64,000 bases of DNA from Escherichia coli. Lineage in GTDB: Bacteria > Pseudomonadota > Gammaproteobacteria > Enterobacterales > Enterobacteriaceae. The DNA lies in NCBI RefSeq assembly GCF_041248615.1, contig NZ_CP158426.1; one strand, given 5' to 3'. Below are positions 12,514 through 22,831 of the stretch, in pieces. A program made the position numbers and the translations under genes. Under the pieces are notes generated by a model that searched no databases, was not told where the DNA came from, and worked only from the letters and a program-made list of their open reading frames with translations. How positions within the stretch are numbered: position 1 is the first letter of the stretch; the number at the start of each line of letters is the position of its first letter.

Positions 12514-13305
12514 ATGATGAAAAATACAGGCTATATCTTAGCTCTTTGTCTGACAGCATCGGGGCATGTCCTGGCCCATGATGTCTGGATTACCGGCAAA
12601 CAGGCAGAGAACAACGTTATCGCAGAGATTGGTTATGGTCATAATTTCCCCTCAAAGGGCACGATTCCTGACAGAAGGGATTTCTTTGAAACTCCCCGGC
12701 TTTATAACGGGAAAGAGACAATAACGCTGAAGCCAACATCCACGGATTATGTCTATAAAATTGAGTCTGCAGGCAACGGTAATAGCTACGTTCTGTCAAC
12801 GAAAATGAAACCGGGATACTGGTCGAGAACCTCGTCAGGATGGAAGCCTGTCAGCCGGGAGGGCAGAAATGATGTGGCATACTGTGAGTTTGTGACTAAA
12901 TATGCAAAATCTTTTATTCCTGGTGAACAGCAGATGCCAGCACAACTCTATCAGTATCCAATAGGGGATGAGCTTGAAATCATTCCGTTATCCGATATCA
13001 GTCGTTTCGGTGAAGATGTGAAGCTGAAAGTTCTGTATAAAACTTCCCCGCTTGCCGGAGCCACTCTGGAGCTTGACTCTGTCAGTTATCTGAAATCATC
13101 CCGCCATACTCATGCGGCAGAGCATAAACATTCGGCTCATAAAGCAGAACTTACCTTTGTAAGTAATGAGGACGGTATCATCACTGTACCCTCCCTTCAT
13201 GTCGGGCAATGGCTAGCTAAAGTCAAAAATAAGAAAGTATTTCAGGACAAAAACCTGTGTGATGAAACTGTCGATGTGGCAACCTTAAGCTTCTCCCGAA
13301 ATTAA
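12514..13305 (+). CDS. periplasmic His-rich protein, likely partner of the TonB-dependent receptor (DUF4198-like, tentative)
   Basis: 263 aa, AGGA ribosome-binding site and ATG 19 bp after the receptor stop; signal peptide MMKNTGYILALCLTASGHVLA; His-rich stretch SSRHTHAAEHKHSAHK. Family name is from memory. Confidence 0.5.
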   Translation: MMKNTGYILALCLTASGHVLAHDVWITGKQAENNVIAEIGYGHNFPSKGTIPDRRDFFETPRLYNGKETITLKPTSTDYVYKIESAGNGNSYVLSTKMKPGYWSRTSSGWKPVSREGRNDVAYCEFVTKYAKSFIPGEQQMPAQLYQYPIGDELEIIPLSDISRFGEDVKLKVLYKTSPLAGATLELDSVSYLKSSRHTHAAEHKHSAHKAELTFVSNEDGIITVPSLHVGQWLAKVKNKKVFQDKNLCDETVDVATLSFSRN

Positions 13306-13418
13306 TAATACTATTCCTGCCCTGTAATTTACGGGCAGGGTATATCAACCGGAAATAGCCTACTGACATCCATGTATAAAGCCACATAATTATTTTGTTG
13401 ATGTATCTTACCTAATAC

Positions 13419-13863
13419 GTAAGCGTAAAGCCAATGCCGTCTGTAACTCCTGATCCTTGCAGACTAAATGTAAGCGCTCCTTCTGTGCCGTCTTGTGGTG
13501 GTTGTCCTGTCTGGCAACAATCGTGTCCATCTATTGATGGACACGAATGATGAATTCTCAGACAACAAAAGATATCACCGGCTTTCGCTCTTATTTTCCA
13601 GATGTATTGCGACTAATATTCGAAGAGCAATTATCTGTTCGGGCTATCGCACTGGAGCAGTTAGGCCTCAGTCATTCCACCGTTCATAATATCTTTCAAC
13701 GGTTTAATGCCTCTGGCATGTAAGCGTAAACCGACCGTTGTATTGACGCTTATTTATAGGGGAGAACTACGTTCCATGGCAGGAGTTCGTCAGTAAGCGT
13801 ACAGCCTGAACCGTCTGGTCAGAATCTGACGCATTAGACAAAGTGGTGTCCACAAAATAAGTA
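13419..13863. mobile_element. stack of IS66-family terminal fragments (several GTAAGCG… ends), including a truncated HTH orf1 start
   Basis: GTAAGCG-type IS66 termini recur at about 13419, 13471, 13720 and 13794. 13547-13723 encodes a 58-aa HTH fragment (…LSVRAIALEQLGLSHSTVHNIF…). 13720-13793 nearly duplicates the end seen at 14675-14750. Confidence 0.5.
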
Positions 13864-14265
13864 GTGGGAACCAAAGTGTCAGATATGCAGAAAAATGTGA
13901 CTCCCGGCAGGCGAAAAGGCTGCCCTAATTATCCTCCCGAATTTAAACAGCTGCTCGTTGCTGCCTCCTGTGAACCCGGGATATCCATCTCAAAACTTGC
14001 TCTTGAAAATGGCATTAACGCCAATCTGTTGTTCAAATGGCGACAACAATGGCGCGAGGGAAAGCTGCTATTACCTTCTTCAGAGAGCCCCCAGCTACTT
14101 CCTGTGACTCTCGATGCAGCTGCCGAACAGCCAGAATCGCTCGCAGAGGACCCGGAAACCCTCAGTATCAGCTGTGAGGTAACGTTCCGGCACGGGACGC
14201 TCCGCTTCAATGGCAATGTCAGCGAAAAGCTCCTGACTCTGCTGATACAGGAACTGAAACGATGA
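13864..14265 (+). CDS. IS66-family accessory protein Orf1 (TnpA-like)
   Basis: 133 aa; …PEFKQLLVAASCEPGISISKLALENGINANLLFKWRQQW… typical of IS66 orf1. Confidence 0.8.
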   Translation: MGTKVSDMQKNVTPGRRKGCPNYPPEFKQLLVAASCEPGISISKLALENGINANLLFKWRQQWREGKLLLPSSESPQLLPVTLDAAAEQPESLAEDPETLSISCEVTFRHGTLRFNGNVSEKLLTLLIQELKR

Positions 14266-14609
14266 TCCCGTTACCTTCCGGGACCAAAATTTGGCTGGTT
14301 GCCGGTATCACCGATATGAGAAATGGCTTCAACGGCCTGGCTGCGAAAGTACAGACGGCGCTGAAAGACGATCCCATATCCGGCCATGTTTTCATTTTCC
14401 GGGGCCGCAGCGGCAGTCAGGTTAAACTGCTGTGGTCCACCGGTGACGGGCTGTGCCTCCTGACCAAGCGGCTGGAGCGTGGGCGCTTCGCCTGGCCGTC
14501 AGCCCGTGATGGCAAAGTGTTCCTTACGCAGGCGCAGCTGGCGATGCTGCTGGAAGGTATCGACTGGCGACAGCCTAAGCGGCTGCTGACCTCCCTGACC
14601 ATGCTGTAA
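14262..14609 (+). CDS. IS66-family Orf2 (TnpB)
   Basis: 115 aa; MIPLPSGTKIWLVAGITDMRNGFNGL…, the conserved IS66 orf2 signature. The expected orf3 transposase is missing, replaced by the next IS66 element. Confidence 0.85.
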   Translation: MIPLPSGTKIWLVAGITDMRNGFNGLAAKVQTALKDDPISGHVFIFRGRSGSQVKLLWSTGDGLCLLTKRLERGRFAWPSARDGKVFLTQAQLAMLLEGIDWRQPKRLLTSLTML

Positions 14610-14704
14610 ATCTCTTTATCCTGGTTGTCACAGAATAAGCCCGGTAAAATACGGGCTTATGAACGACATCTCTTGTAAGCGTCAACGGAGCACCGTATTG
14701 ACGC

Positions 14705-16297
14705 TTATTTATTGGTGAGTACTACGTTCCATGGCAGGAGTTCGTCAACACAGTTGGAGGGCCATTCCGGCAGTACGCTCAGAATATGGCGCAGATACGC
14801 TTCCGGATCGATACCGTTCAGACGGCAGGTGCCGATCAGCCCGTACAGCAGTGCTCCACGCTCGCCGCCGTGATCGCTACCGAAGAACACGTAATTTTTC
14901 TTTCCGAGACAGACTGCACGAAGCGCTCTTTCCGCTGTGTTATTGTCCGCTTCTGCCAAACCATCATCACTGTAATAACAGAGGGCGTCCCACTGATTCA
15001 GTACATAGCTGAACGCTTCGCCCAGTCTGGATTTTTTCGACAGCGTGCCATTCTTCTCCACCATCCATTCATGCAGCGACGTCAGTAACGCTTTGCTTCG
15101 CTGCTGCCTGGCTGCAAGACGCTCTGACTCTGGTAATCCCCGTATTTCATCCTCGATGGCGTACAGTTCACTGATTCGCTTCAGGGCTTCTTCTGCCGTC
15201 GCACTTTTGCTGCTGATGTATACATCGTGGATTTTTCGCCGGGCATGGGCCCAGCACGCAACTTCTGTCAGTGCACCACCTTCACGTTCTGCACTGAACA
15301 ACCTGTCGTAACCTGTGAACGCATCCGCCTGCAGGATACCCCGGAAGGGGCGAAGGTGTTGCTCCGGGTGTTTCCCCTGCCGGTTCGGCGAGTACGCGAA
15401 CCAGACCGCTGGAGGAGATGACGAACCCACATTGCGATCATCCCGGACATACGTCCAGATACACCCTGTTTTCGCCTTTTTCTGACCCGGTGCCAGTACC
15501 TTTACCGGTGTGTCATCAGTGTGAACCTTGCGGGTATTCATTACATAACGGTACAGGGCATCATTCACCGGTGTCATTAACTGGCAGCACGCGTCAACCC
15601 AGTTGGAGAGTAAGGCCCGGCTCAGTTCGACACCCTGGCGGGCAAAGATTTCACTCTGACGATACAGTGGCAGATGTTCGCAGTATTTTCCCGTTAACAC
15701 GCGGGCAAGTAATCCGGGGCCCGCGATACCACGCTCTATCGGGCGGGACGGCGCCGGTGCTTCAACAATACAGTCACATTTTGTACAGGCTTTTTTTACC
15801 CGTTCTGTGCGGATCACTTTCAGGGCACTGCTCACCAGTTCCAGCTGTTCAGCGCTGACTTCCCCCAGATAATCCAGCTCACCGCCACACTCCGGGCAAC
15901 AGCTTTCTTCTGGCTCCAGGCGGTGTATTTCACGGGGAAGGTGTGCCGGTAACGGACGACGATGGCGCGACTGTCGCAACTGGCGGGGAACCTGAGGATC
16001 GTCTTCCCGCCCACTGTAACGATCGCTGTCCTGTTCACGTTGTTTCAGCAGAGCCTCAGCCAGTTCAACTTCACGACGCAGTTTTTCAGAACGGGTACCG
16101 AACAGCATCCGGTGCAGTTTTTCTATCTGAGCCCGCAGATGTTCTATTTCCCGTTCATCTTCTTCGATCTTTTCTTCGGCACGTGCCAGTGCAGAGCGCA
16201 GGAAGGCCTCCGTCTCTTCAACCAGACTCAGTTGCTGGTCTTTCTGACGGAGCTGGCTTTCCAGTTCTGCAATGCGAATGAGGTATTTCTGACTCAT
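14705..16297 (-). CDS. IS66-family transposase (Orf3/TnpC)
   Basis: 530 aa; N-terminal coiled coil, zinc-finger CCPECGGELDY, conserved core (…YRQSEIFARQGV…, …VACWAHARRK…). Confidence 0.9.
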   Translation of the reverse strand: MSQKYLIRIAELESQLRQKDQQLSLVEETEAFLRSALARAEEKIEEDEREIEHLRAQIEKLHRMLFGTRSEKLRREVELAEALLKQREQDSDRYSGREDDPQVPRQLRQSRHRRPLPAHLPREIHRLEPEESCCPECGGELDYLGEVSAEQLELVSSALKVIRTERVKKACTKCDCIVEAPAPSRPIERGIAGPGLLARVLTGKYCEHLPLYRQSEIFARQGVELSRALLSNWVDACCQLMTPVNDALYRYVMNTRKVHTDDTPVKVLAPGQKKAKTGCIWTYVRDDRNVGSSSPPAVWFAYSPNRQGKHPEQHLRPFRGILQADAFTGYDRLFSAEREGGALTEVACWAHARRKIHDVYISSKSATAEEALKRISELYAIEDEIRGLPESERLAARQQRSKALLTSLHEWMVEKNGTLSKKSRLGEAFSYVLNQWDALCYYSDDGLAEADNNTAERALRAVCLGKKNYVFFGSDHGGERGALLYGLIGTCRLNGIDPEAYLRHILSVLPEWPSNCVDELLPWNVVLTNK

Positions 16298-16327
16298 GGC
16301 CGTTTTTATAATGCGGCCAGGCGTTTT

Positions 16328-16678
16328 TTACAACATTGTCAGTGCGTTAAGGCGGAATGTTTTTGGCTGACGCCAGTCCAGCTTATCGAGGAGCATTGCC
16401 AGTTGCGAGCGGGTAATGGATACCTTGCCGTCACGTACCGCAGGCCAGATAAACTGGCCTTCCTCCAGGCGTTTGGTGAACAGGCACAGACCATCAGCAT
16501 CAGCCCAAAGAATTTTAACGGTGTCACCCCGTCGGCCACGGAAGATAAACAGGTGACCGGAGAAGGGATTATCATTCAGCACATGTTGTACCTGTTCTCC
16601 CAGTCCGTTGAAGGATTTACGCATATCGGTAACGCCGGCAACGAGCCAGATACGGGTACCTGATGGGAGTGAGATCAT
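16328..16678 (-). CDS. IS66-family Orf2 (TnpB)
   Basis: 115 aa; MISLPSGTRIWLVAGVTDMRKSFNGL…. Confidence 0.85.
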   Translation of the reverse strand: MISLPSGTRIWLVAGVTDMRKSFNGLGEQVQHVLNDNPFSGHLFIFRGRRGDTVKILWADADGLCLFTKRLEEGQFIWPAVRDGKVSITRSQLAMLLDKLDWRQPKTFRLNALTML

Positions 16679-17100
16679 CTTCCCCTCCCGGTCAGTTCAC
16701 GGATCAACACCGTGAGCAGCTCTGGCGATGGATTTTCCAGCGTCATGTTACCGTGACGGAATTCCACCTTGCAGGAACTGGCACTGACTCTGGTCTGAGT
16801 GGAAGTGGATAAAGACGGCGCAATGGCCGCCACAGGTTCTTTCTGCTCATCCGGCGTTATTTCTACAGGTAATAATTCAACGCCAGTGTCAGAAGAGGTC
16901 GTTACCGGAAGACGCCGCGAAACACGCCCTTCGTTCTGCCAGAGCCTGAGCCATTTGAAAATAACATTATCATTGACGCCATTTTCACGTGCAATCTGTG
17001 CAACACAAGCTCCAGGTTGTGATGCCAGTTCCACCATACGAAGTTTGAATTCATTCGAATAGTTTTTACGAGGTTCTTTTCGCCAGTCCTGTAATTCCAT
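16675..17100 (-). CDS. IS66-family Orf1 (TnpA-like)
   Basis: 141 aa; …NEFKLRMVELASQPGACVAQIARENGVNDNVIFKWLRLW…. Confidence 0.8.
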   Translation of the reverse strand: MELQDWRKEPRKNYSNEFKLRMVELASQPGACVAQIARENGVNDNVIFKWLRLWQNEGRVSRRLPVTTSSDTGVELLPVEITPDEQKEPVAAIAPSLSTSTQTRVSASSCKVEFRHGNMTLENPSPELLTVLIRELTGRGR

Positions 17101-17185
17101 ACTTAGATGTCCGTCTATATCAGATGGGCGTCTAAGTTACCAATTCTCGTCTGATGGCTACATACGGCGGTCAGTTTACGCTTAC

Positions 17186-18430
17186 CTTTATCCCGACAGA
17201 CGACGTATATTTACCAGTAAGGCCAACCCGGTTGCGCCCTTTGAACCAGAAGTCAAACGTCAGGCTGTCATGGCACTCTGTACACGACAAGTATCAGCCA
17301 GTGAAATCGCCAGGCGTATTGGTGTCAGTCGTGCGGTATTGTATAAATGGAAAGATAAAATTATCGGCAACAGTGCTTACCAGACTATGCGTAAACATAA
17401 CGAACCTTCCCTGGAGGCAGAACGCGATGCGTTGCGGGAGGAAGTCGCCCGACTGAATCAGGAAATACGCCGCCGGCAGATGGAGCTGGATATTCTGAAA
17501 AAGGCGGAGGAAATCATAAAAAAAGACCCGGGCATCAGTATCAGTCACCTGAACAACAGAGAGAAAACGAAGATCGCTGATGCCCTGAGACAAACATATC
17601 CCCTGACAGAATTACTGCATGTTCTGGGCCTTGCCCGTAGCAGTTATTTTTATCACCGGGCTGCACTGAAAGCCGGTGATAAATACGCCACGATACGTAC
17701 GATGCTGACAGATATATTTAACAGTAATTACCAGTGTTATGGCTATCGTCGCCTGCATGCGATGCTCAGGCATGAGGGGGGGCGGCTATCAGAAAAGGTT
17801 GTACGCAGACTTATGGTGGAAGAACAGCTTGTCGTCAGCCGTAACCGTCGTCGCCGCTACAGCTCATATTGCGGAGAAATCGGACCGGCTCCGGATAACC
17901 TTATCGCCAGAGATTTTAAGGCGGAGCAACCTAATCAGAAATGGCTGACAGATATCACGGAGTTCCACCTCCCTGCAGGTAAAGTCTGGCTATCATCGGT
18001 GGTGGACTGCTTCGATGGAAAAGTTGTGAGCTGGTCTCTCAGTACACGCCCCGATGCTGAACTGGTCAACACTATGCTGGATAGCGCTGTCGAAACGTTA
18101 AATGCTGGCGAACGACCGGTGATACACAGTGACAGAGGTGGGCATTATCGCTGGTCAGGCTGGCTGGAAAGAGTGAATGCAGAAGGTCTTATTCGCTCAA
18201 TGTCCCGCAAAGGATGTTCACCTGATAATGCGGCATGCGAAGGCTTTTTCGGCAGACTGAAAACGGAAATGTATCATGGGCGTAAATGGTCGGGCATCAC
18301 GCCAGAAAAGTTCATGCAGCAAGTGGATACTTACATCAGATGGTATAACGAGCGGCGTATAAAATTATCGCCGGGTGCAGTCAGCCCCAAAATGTACCGC
18401 CAACAATGCGGGCTGGAATGATAAAGCAGT
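17186..18430 (+). mobile_element. IS3-family element, 5'-truncated by the IS66 insertion (right end approximate)
   Basis: Only about 30 codons of an orfA-like frame remain upstream of the transposase ORF, starting directly at the IS66 terminus. Confidence 0.6.
17270..18421 (+). CDS. IS3-family transposase (OrfB-type DDE integrase with fused HTH region)
   Basis: 383 aa; HTH near the N-terminus (VSASEIARRIGVSRAVLYKWK), DDE-domain motifs (…WLTDITEF…, …HSDRGGHYR…, …SPDNAACEGFF…). Confidence 0.75.
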   Translation: MALCTRQVSASEIARRIGVSRAVLYKWKDKIIGNSAYQTMRKHNEPSLEAERDALREEVARLNQEIRRRQMELDILKKAEEIIKKDPGISISHLNNREKTKIADALRQTYPLTELLHVLGLARSSYFYHRAALKAGDKYATIRTMLTDIFNSNYQCYGYRRLHAMLRHEGGRLSEKVVRRLMVEEQLVVSRNRRRRYSSYCGEIGPAPDNLIARDFKAEQPNQKWLTDITEFHLPAGKVWLSSVVDCFDGKVVSWSLSTRPDAELVNTMLDSAVETLNAGERPVIHSDRGGHYRWSGWLERVNAEGLIRSMSRKGCSPDNAACEGFFGRLKTEMYHGRKWSGITPEKFMQQVDTYIRWYNERRIKLSPGAVSPKMYRQQCGLE

Positions 18431-19312
18431 CCAGGAAATCGTCCGCATCCCCAGAACGGTCAAACATCGTGGCGTTGACAACGGGTTCCTGAGTCCGGTG
18501 AAGCGCCGGTTACTGGAAAATGTTGTGTACGTCATAACAGAAACGGAGAGAAAAACGGCGATGCAAATCAGGCGGAGAAGGGTGTATCAGCGGTTACTGA
18601 AGGTTGACCCGCTGAAGTGCATCCTGTGCGGAGGTCAGATGCGGTTTACGGGGCTGAAGCGGGGCTACCGTCTGGCAGAGCTGGTCATGATGCATGAGCC
18701 ACTGGCACGACAGCGGGTATACAGCTGAGAGCCGCAGAGGGGAAGTTGCGTCCATTTTTTGAGGAATGGAGCAAAAAATCATCACAGATATAAAAAATCA
18801 ATCAATGAAAGCCATTTAATTGCCGGTGCATTGTGGATGCAGTCCTCATGGTACGTAACCAGAGTTGAATAAACATCCATTTTTTTGTGTTTTTTTAACC
18901 TCCCCGGGTTTTTAATTCCTGTCGATTAAAAGTGTTAGATTATTTGGTTAAGAGTTCTCTCGTCCTATTTATTCAGGCGTTATCACGGATATGCAGATCG
19001 CTAAGTCAGTTGTAAGAAAACCAGACAGTGCACATCATTATACCTAGGTCTTCTCTGGAAAAATACTTAGGAATAATTTATGTAAAACAGGTTGTCGTCT
19101 TCATGATTTAAACGCAGTACATATATATACTCTATAATAAATACAGGGAGTATCACGAGACGTCTGGATAAGAGGAATAACCAGAATAAATTGGTAAGGA
19201 ATAAAGACACTTATTTCTATTGAGAAAAAACATTCATCCTGATGTGATTAGTATCAATGAAATAATGTGCTTGTATGGTTGATAAAAAATGCATCACTAA
19301 AGAAAAAACAGT

Positions 19313-22300
19313 ATGAATAAGAATATACGAATTTTACAATTTCTGGTCAGTATACTTTATTCTGTGCAGTCTCATTTTTCTGGTGCGCAAACAATACAAC
19401 TGAATGGTAATGGTATACCTGAAAGTATAACCAGGAGTATTACAGGTGTTGATGGAAACGCGGCGCTTAATATCAGCGTGCCGTATAAAACAAGTTATAC
19501 TCAAAATATACTATCTGTTGAAAGCAGTATTAACATCAAAGGAGGAACAAGCAATACATCAATCGGTGGTGCAGGTGTCTACGGTGAAAACTTTACGCTA
19601 AATAATAATGGTAGTGTTTGGGGAGGAGATGGATATAATGGTGGAATTGCTGTTAGTGGCAACAAAATATCTATAAACAATTACAGAAATGTATATGGGG
19701 GTAATGGTCTTGGTGGCTCAGGAAGTAGCGGAGGTGCAGGGTTAAGCGGGGATGATATTATAGTTGATAATTACAGAAGTATATACGGAGGTGATGATGT
19801 AGGTGGGACAGGTGGTTCCGGTGTAACCGGTAGCAATATTACAGTGCATAATTCCGGAGGAATATTGGGCGGTAATGGCGTAAACGGTGGTGATGGTATT
19901 AATGGTAGTAATCTTTTCATTACTAACGACAACATGATATCTGGAGGATATGGAATAAAACAAGGGGGAGATGCTATTTCTGGAAATCAAATCACTTTGA
20001 ATAATAACGGTATTGTTCAGGGGGGATATGGCCCCGACGGTGGTTGCTCTGTTTATGGAGAAGATATCCATATTAATAATCATGGTAATCTTTCAGGATT
20101 ATATAATAGCCAAAAAGATGCTTATAATACATCAATAATTTTTTCTGGCGGGTATAATTCATTAGATATTTATTCAGATTCTGTGATTAATGGTGATATT
20201 AAACTAGCTAGTATACCTGTTAATGGTACAAATGAATTAATTATTAAAAACATCAATAACGCAACAGCAATTAATGGTGGGCTAATGATTGGGAATGGCT
20301 CATCTGTTTATCTGTCAGGCAAGAACTCCATTTTTAACGGAAATATAAGTATTGATGAAGACGCATCTATGAACCTGTCTGTAGGAAATGCTAATGTTCA
20401 CGCAAATACTATTACATTAAAAAGTGATTCATGGCTTAATATAGACACATCAATTAAGAACTGGACTCAGGACTATTACACATTATTGTCGTCAGACACA
20501 GGTATCTCGATCGCTGATAATAGTCACATTGTACAATACAATGTATTACTGACAGAAGGTGCTGAAAGTTATGTTTATACGTCTTTAAATGACGACGATA
20601 ACAAACTGATATCCATGCTGAGATGGAATAATACAAAAGGGATGGGATATGGAACCTTTAATATAGAAAAAGATGCCACTCTGAACATAGGCGTTTCTCT
20701 TTCCGATAATCTTTCACCTTTATTATATGATGGCTGGGACGGCAAAAGTCTGACAAAATCAGGTAATGGTACTCTTATACTTTCTGCAACAAACAATTAT
20801 ACAGGAAATACAGAGGTTAAATCTGGCGTATTAATTCTTGCTGCACCTGATGCTCTTGGTCGGACTGAGTATTTATATTTATCCCGTGGCGCAGAACTGG
20901 ATATGAATGGGTATCCTCAGACAATAAGCAAACTACTGACGGCTGCAGGCTCTGTGCTGAACATTCATGGCGGAAGTCTGATACTGAATAATGGAGGAGA
21001 ATCTGCAGGTACTATTGCAGGGGATGGTTCTCTGAACATAAATGGGGGAATGCTTGATATAACGGGTAATAATCGTAATTTTTCCGGTGTTTTTACCGTG
21101 AATAAGGGGGCTCATTTGGCTGTATCCACGGCTGATAATCTGGGGACAGCCTTTGTTGATAACTATGGCACATTAACTCTGAACAGTACATCAGCATGGC
21201 AGCTTACCAACAATATCAGTGGTTATGGTAATGTTCGCAAGACGGGAGCAGGTGCACTGAACATTAGCGATAACGCAAAATGGACCGGGATGACAGATAT
21301 TATTCAGGGGACAGTGATACTGGGGAACGCAGATTCACCGGTGATGCTCGGCAGTAACCAGGTCATTGTTGAAGAGCAGGGCAAACTCTCCGGGTTTGGG
21401 GGCGTTGCAGGAAATCTGAGCAATAGTGGTATAGTCGATCTCACTACATATATGCCGGGTAATATACTGACTGTCGGAGGGAATTACACTGGCAGAAATG
21501 GACTTATTCTCCTCCAGACAGAAACAGGTGGTGACAATTCGAAAACAGATCGTCTGGTGATTAAAGGTAATGCCAGTGGCCGTACCCGTGTCGCTGTTAC
21601 TCAGGCCGGTGGTACTGGTGCAGAGACACTTAATGGGATTGAAGTGATTCACGTCAGTGGCAATGCTGATAATGCTGAATTCATTCAGACGGAACGTATT
21701 ACAGCCGGAGCTTATGATTACATACTGAAACGTGGTCAGGGGATTAACAGCACTAACTGGTATCTGATTAGCAGAAAAGACATTCCTGTACCACAACCTG
21801 AAGCTGTACCGGAAAGCCATGATAATAATTTGCGTCCTGAGGCAGGTAGCTATGTTGCCAGTATTGCTGCTGCAAATAATCTGTTTGTAACGAATCTGTA
21901 TGAACGACAGGGACAGGAGTTGTATATCAGCCACATGACAGGAGAAGAAAATGAAGCAGGTATCTGGATGTATAATAAAGGAAAACATAATCGCTGGCGT
22001 GACAACAGTAGTCAGCTGAGAACCCGGGGGAATAGCTACGTTGTGTTAATAGGGGGAGATATAGCTCAGTGGAGCCTGAATGGTACCGATCGCTGGCATA
22101 CAGGTATGATGGCTGGCTATGGTCATAATAATAACAGTACGAATGCCCTGAGCACCGGATACCATTCGGAAGGAAGAATGAATGGATACACAGCGGGTCT
22201 TTATGCAACATGGTATGCCAATGATGAAACACACAATGGTTCTTATCTTGATAGCTGGCTGCAATACAGCTGGTTTGATAATCATATAAATGGAGAACGG

Positions 22301-22810
22301 CTGCCTGCTGAGTCATGGAAGTCAAAAGGGTTTACGGTATCTCTGGAAGCAGGATATTCATGGAAGGCTGGAGAGTTTACCGACAATTACAAGGGAAGTC
22401 ATGAATGGTATGTTCAGCCGCAGCTTCAGGTTGTCCGGATGAATGTAAAATCAGACAAATATCATGAAAGTAACGGAACCAGTATTGAAAATACCGGTAA
22501 CGGAAATATTCTCACCCGCCTGGGAGCAAGAACATGGCTTACCAGCAAAAACGGTAAAAATACGCGGTATGCGGTTCCGTTCAGACCATTTGTGGAGGCA
22601 CACTGGTTGCACAATAGTCGTGTTTTCGGCACCAGTATGAATGGTGTAAGTATATACCAGGATGGTGCGCGTGATATCGGAGAAATAAATGGTGGTGTTG
22701 TGGGAATGATAACACCAGAAGTAGCATTCCGGGCTGATGCAGGCATTCAACTTGGAGAACATGGATACCATAATACATCTGCCATGTTGAGTGTGGAATA
22801 TCGTTTCTGA
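19313..22810 (+). CDS. autotransporter adhesin (type Va secretion) with Gly-rich repetitive passenger domain
   Basis: 1165 aa, ATG start after an AT-rich leader; signal peptide MNKNIRILQFLVSILYSVQSHFSGA; passenger full of G-G-x-G / N-N-x-G repeats; C-terminal ~280 aa with alternating beta-strand pattern ending …SVEYRF, as in AIDA-I/Ag43-type beta-domains. Confidence 0.8.
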   Translation: MNKNIRILQFLVSILYSVQSHFSGAQTIQLNGNGIPESITRSITGVDGNAALNISVPYKTSYTQNILSVESSINIKGGTSNTSIGGAGVYGENFTLNNNGSVWGGDGYNGGIAVSGNKISINNYRNVYGGNGLGGSGSSGGAGLSGDDIIVDNYRSIYGGDDVGGTGGSGVTGSNITVHNSGGILGGNGVNGGDGINGSNLFITNDNMISGGYGIKQGGDAISGNQITLNNNGIVQGGYGPDGGCSVYGEDIHINNHGNLSGLYNSQKDAYNTSIIFSGGYNSLDIYSDSVINGDIKLASIPVNGTNELIIKNINNATAINGGLMIGNGSSVYLSGKNSIFNGNISIDEDASMNLSVGNANVHANTITLKSDSWLNIDTSIKNWTQDYYTLLSSDTGISIADNSHIVQYNVLLTEGAESYVYTSLNDDDNKLISMLRWNNTKGMGYGTFNIEKDATLNIGVSLSDNLSPLLYDGWDGKSLTKSGNGTLILSATNNYTGNTEVKSGVLILAAPDALGRTEYLYLSRGAELDMNGYPQTISKLLTAAGSVLNIHGGSLILNNGGESAGTIAGDGSLNINGGMLDITGNNRNFSGVFTVNKGAHLAVSTADNLGTAFVDNYGTLTLNSTSAWQLTNNISGYGNVRKTGAGALNISDNAKWTGMTDIIQGTVILGNADSPVMLGSNQVIVEEQGKLSGFGGVAGNLSNSGIVDLTTYMPGNILTVGGNYTGRNGLILLQTETGGDNSKTDRLVIKGNASGRTRVAVTQAGGTGAETLNGIEVIHVSGNADNAEFIQTERITAGAYDYILKRGQGINSTNWYLISRKDIPVPQPEAVPESHDNNLRPEAGSYVASIAAANNLFVTNLYERQGQELYISHMTGEENEAGIWMYNKGKHNRWRDNSSQLRTRGNSYVVLIGGDIAQWSLNGTDRWHTGMMAGYGHNNNSTNALSTGYHSEGRMNGYTAGLYATWYANDETHNGSYLDSWLQYSWFDNHINGERLPAESWKSKGFTVSLEAGYSWKAGEFTDNYKGSHEWYVQPQLQVVRMNVKSDKYHESNGTSIENTGNGNILTRLGARTWLTSKNGKNTRYAVPFRPFVEAHWLHNSRVFGTSMNGVSIYQDGARDIGEINGGVVGMITPEVAFRADAGIQLGEHGYHNTSAMLSVEYRF

Positions 22811-22831
22811 TGTGTCGGTAATGACTCCAAC

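Larger units (their letters stand above)
14675..17185 (-). mobile_element. complete IS66-family element (about 2.5 kb) with orf1-orf2-orf3
   Basis: Inverted termini GTAAGCGTCAACGGAGCACCGTAT (14675) and the reverse complement of GTAAGCGTAAACTGACCGCCGTAT (ending 17185); three co-oriented ORFs. No 8-bp target duplication visible. Confidence 0.8.

Noticed and set aside
13495-13689. 64-aa plus-strand ORF
   Set aside because: Overlaps the IS66-type fragment in a different frame from the HTH fragment; no support.
15943-16663. Plus-strand ORFs of 112 and 233 aa
   Set aside because: Antisense to the IS66 transposase and orf2; shadow frames.
18375-18728. 117-aa ORF with a CxxC…C zinc-ribbon-like motif after the truncated IS3-family element
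   Set aside because: Could be a transposase C-terminal remnant, but I cannot place it in a family and it lacks clear start signals.
21335-22325. Minus-strand ORFs of 132-217 aa
   Set aside because: Antisense to the autotransporter gene; Cys/Ile-rich translations with no supporting signals.
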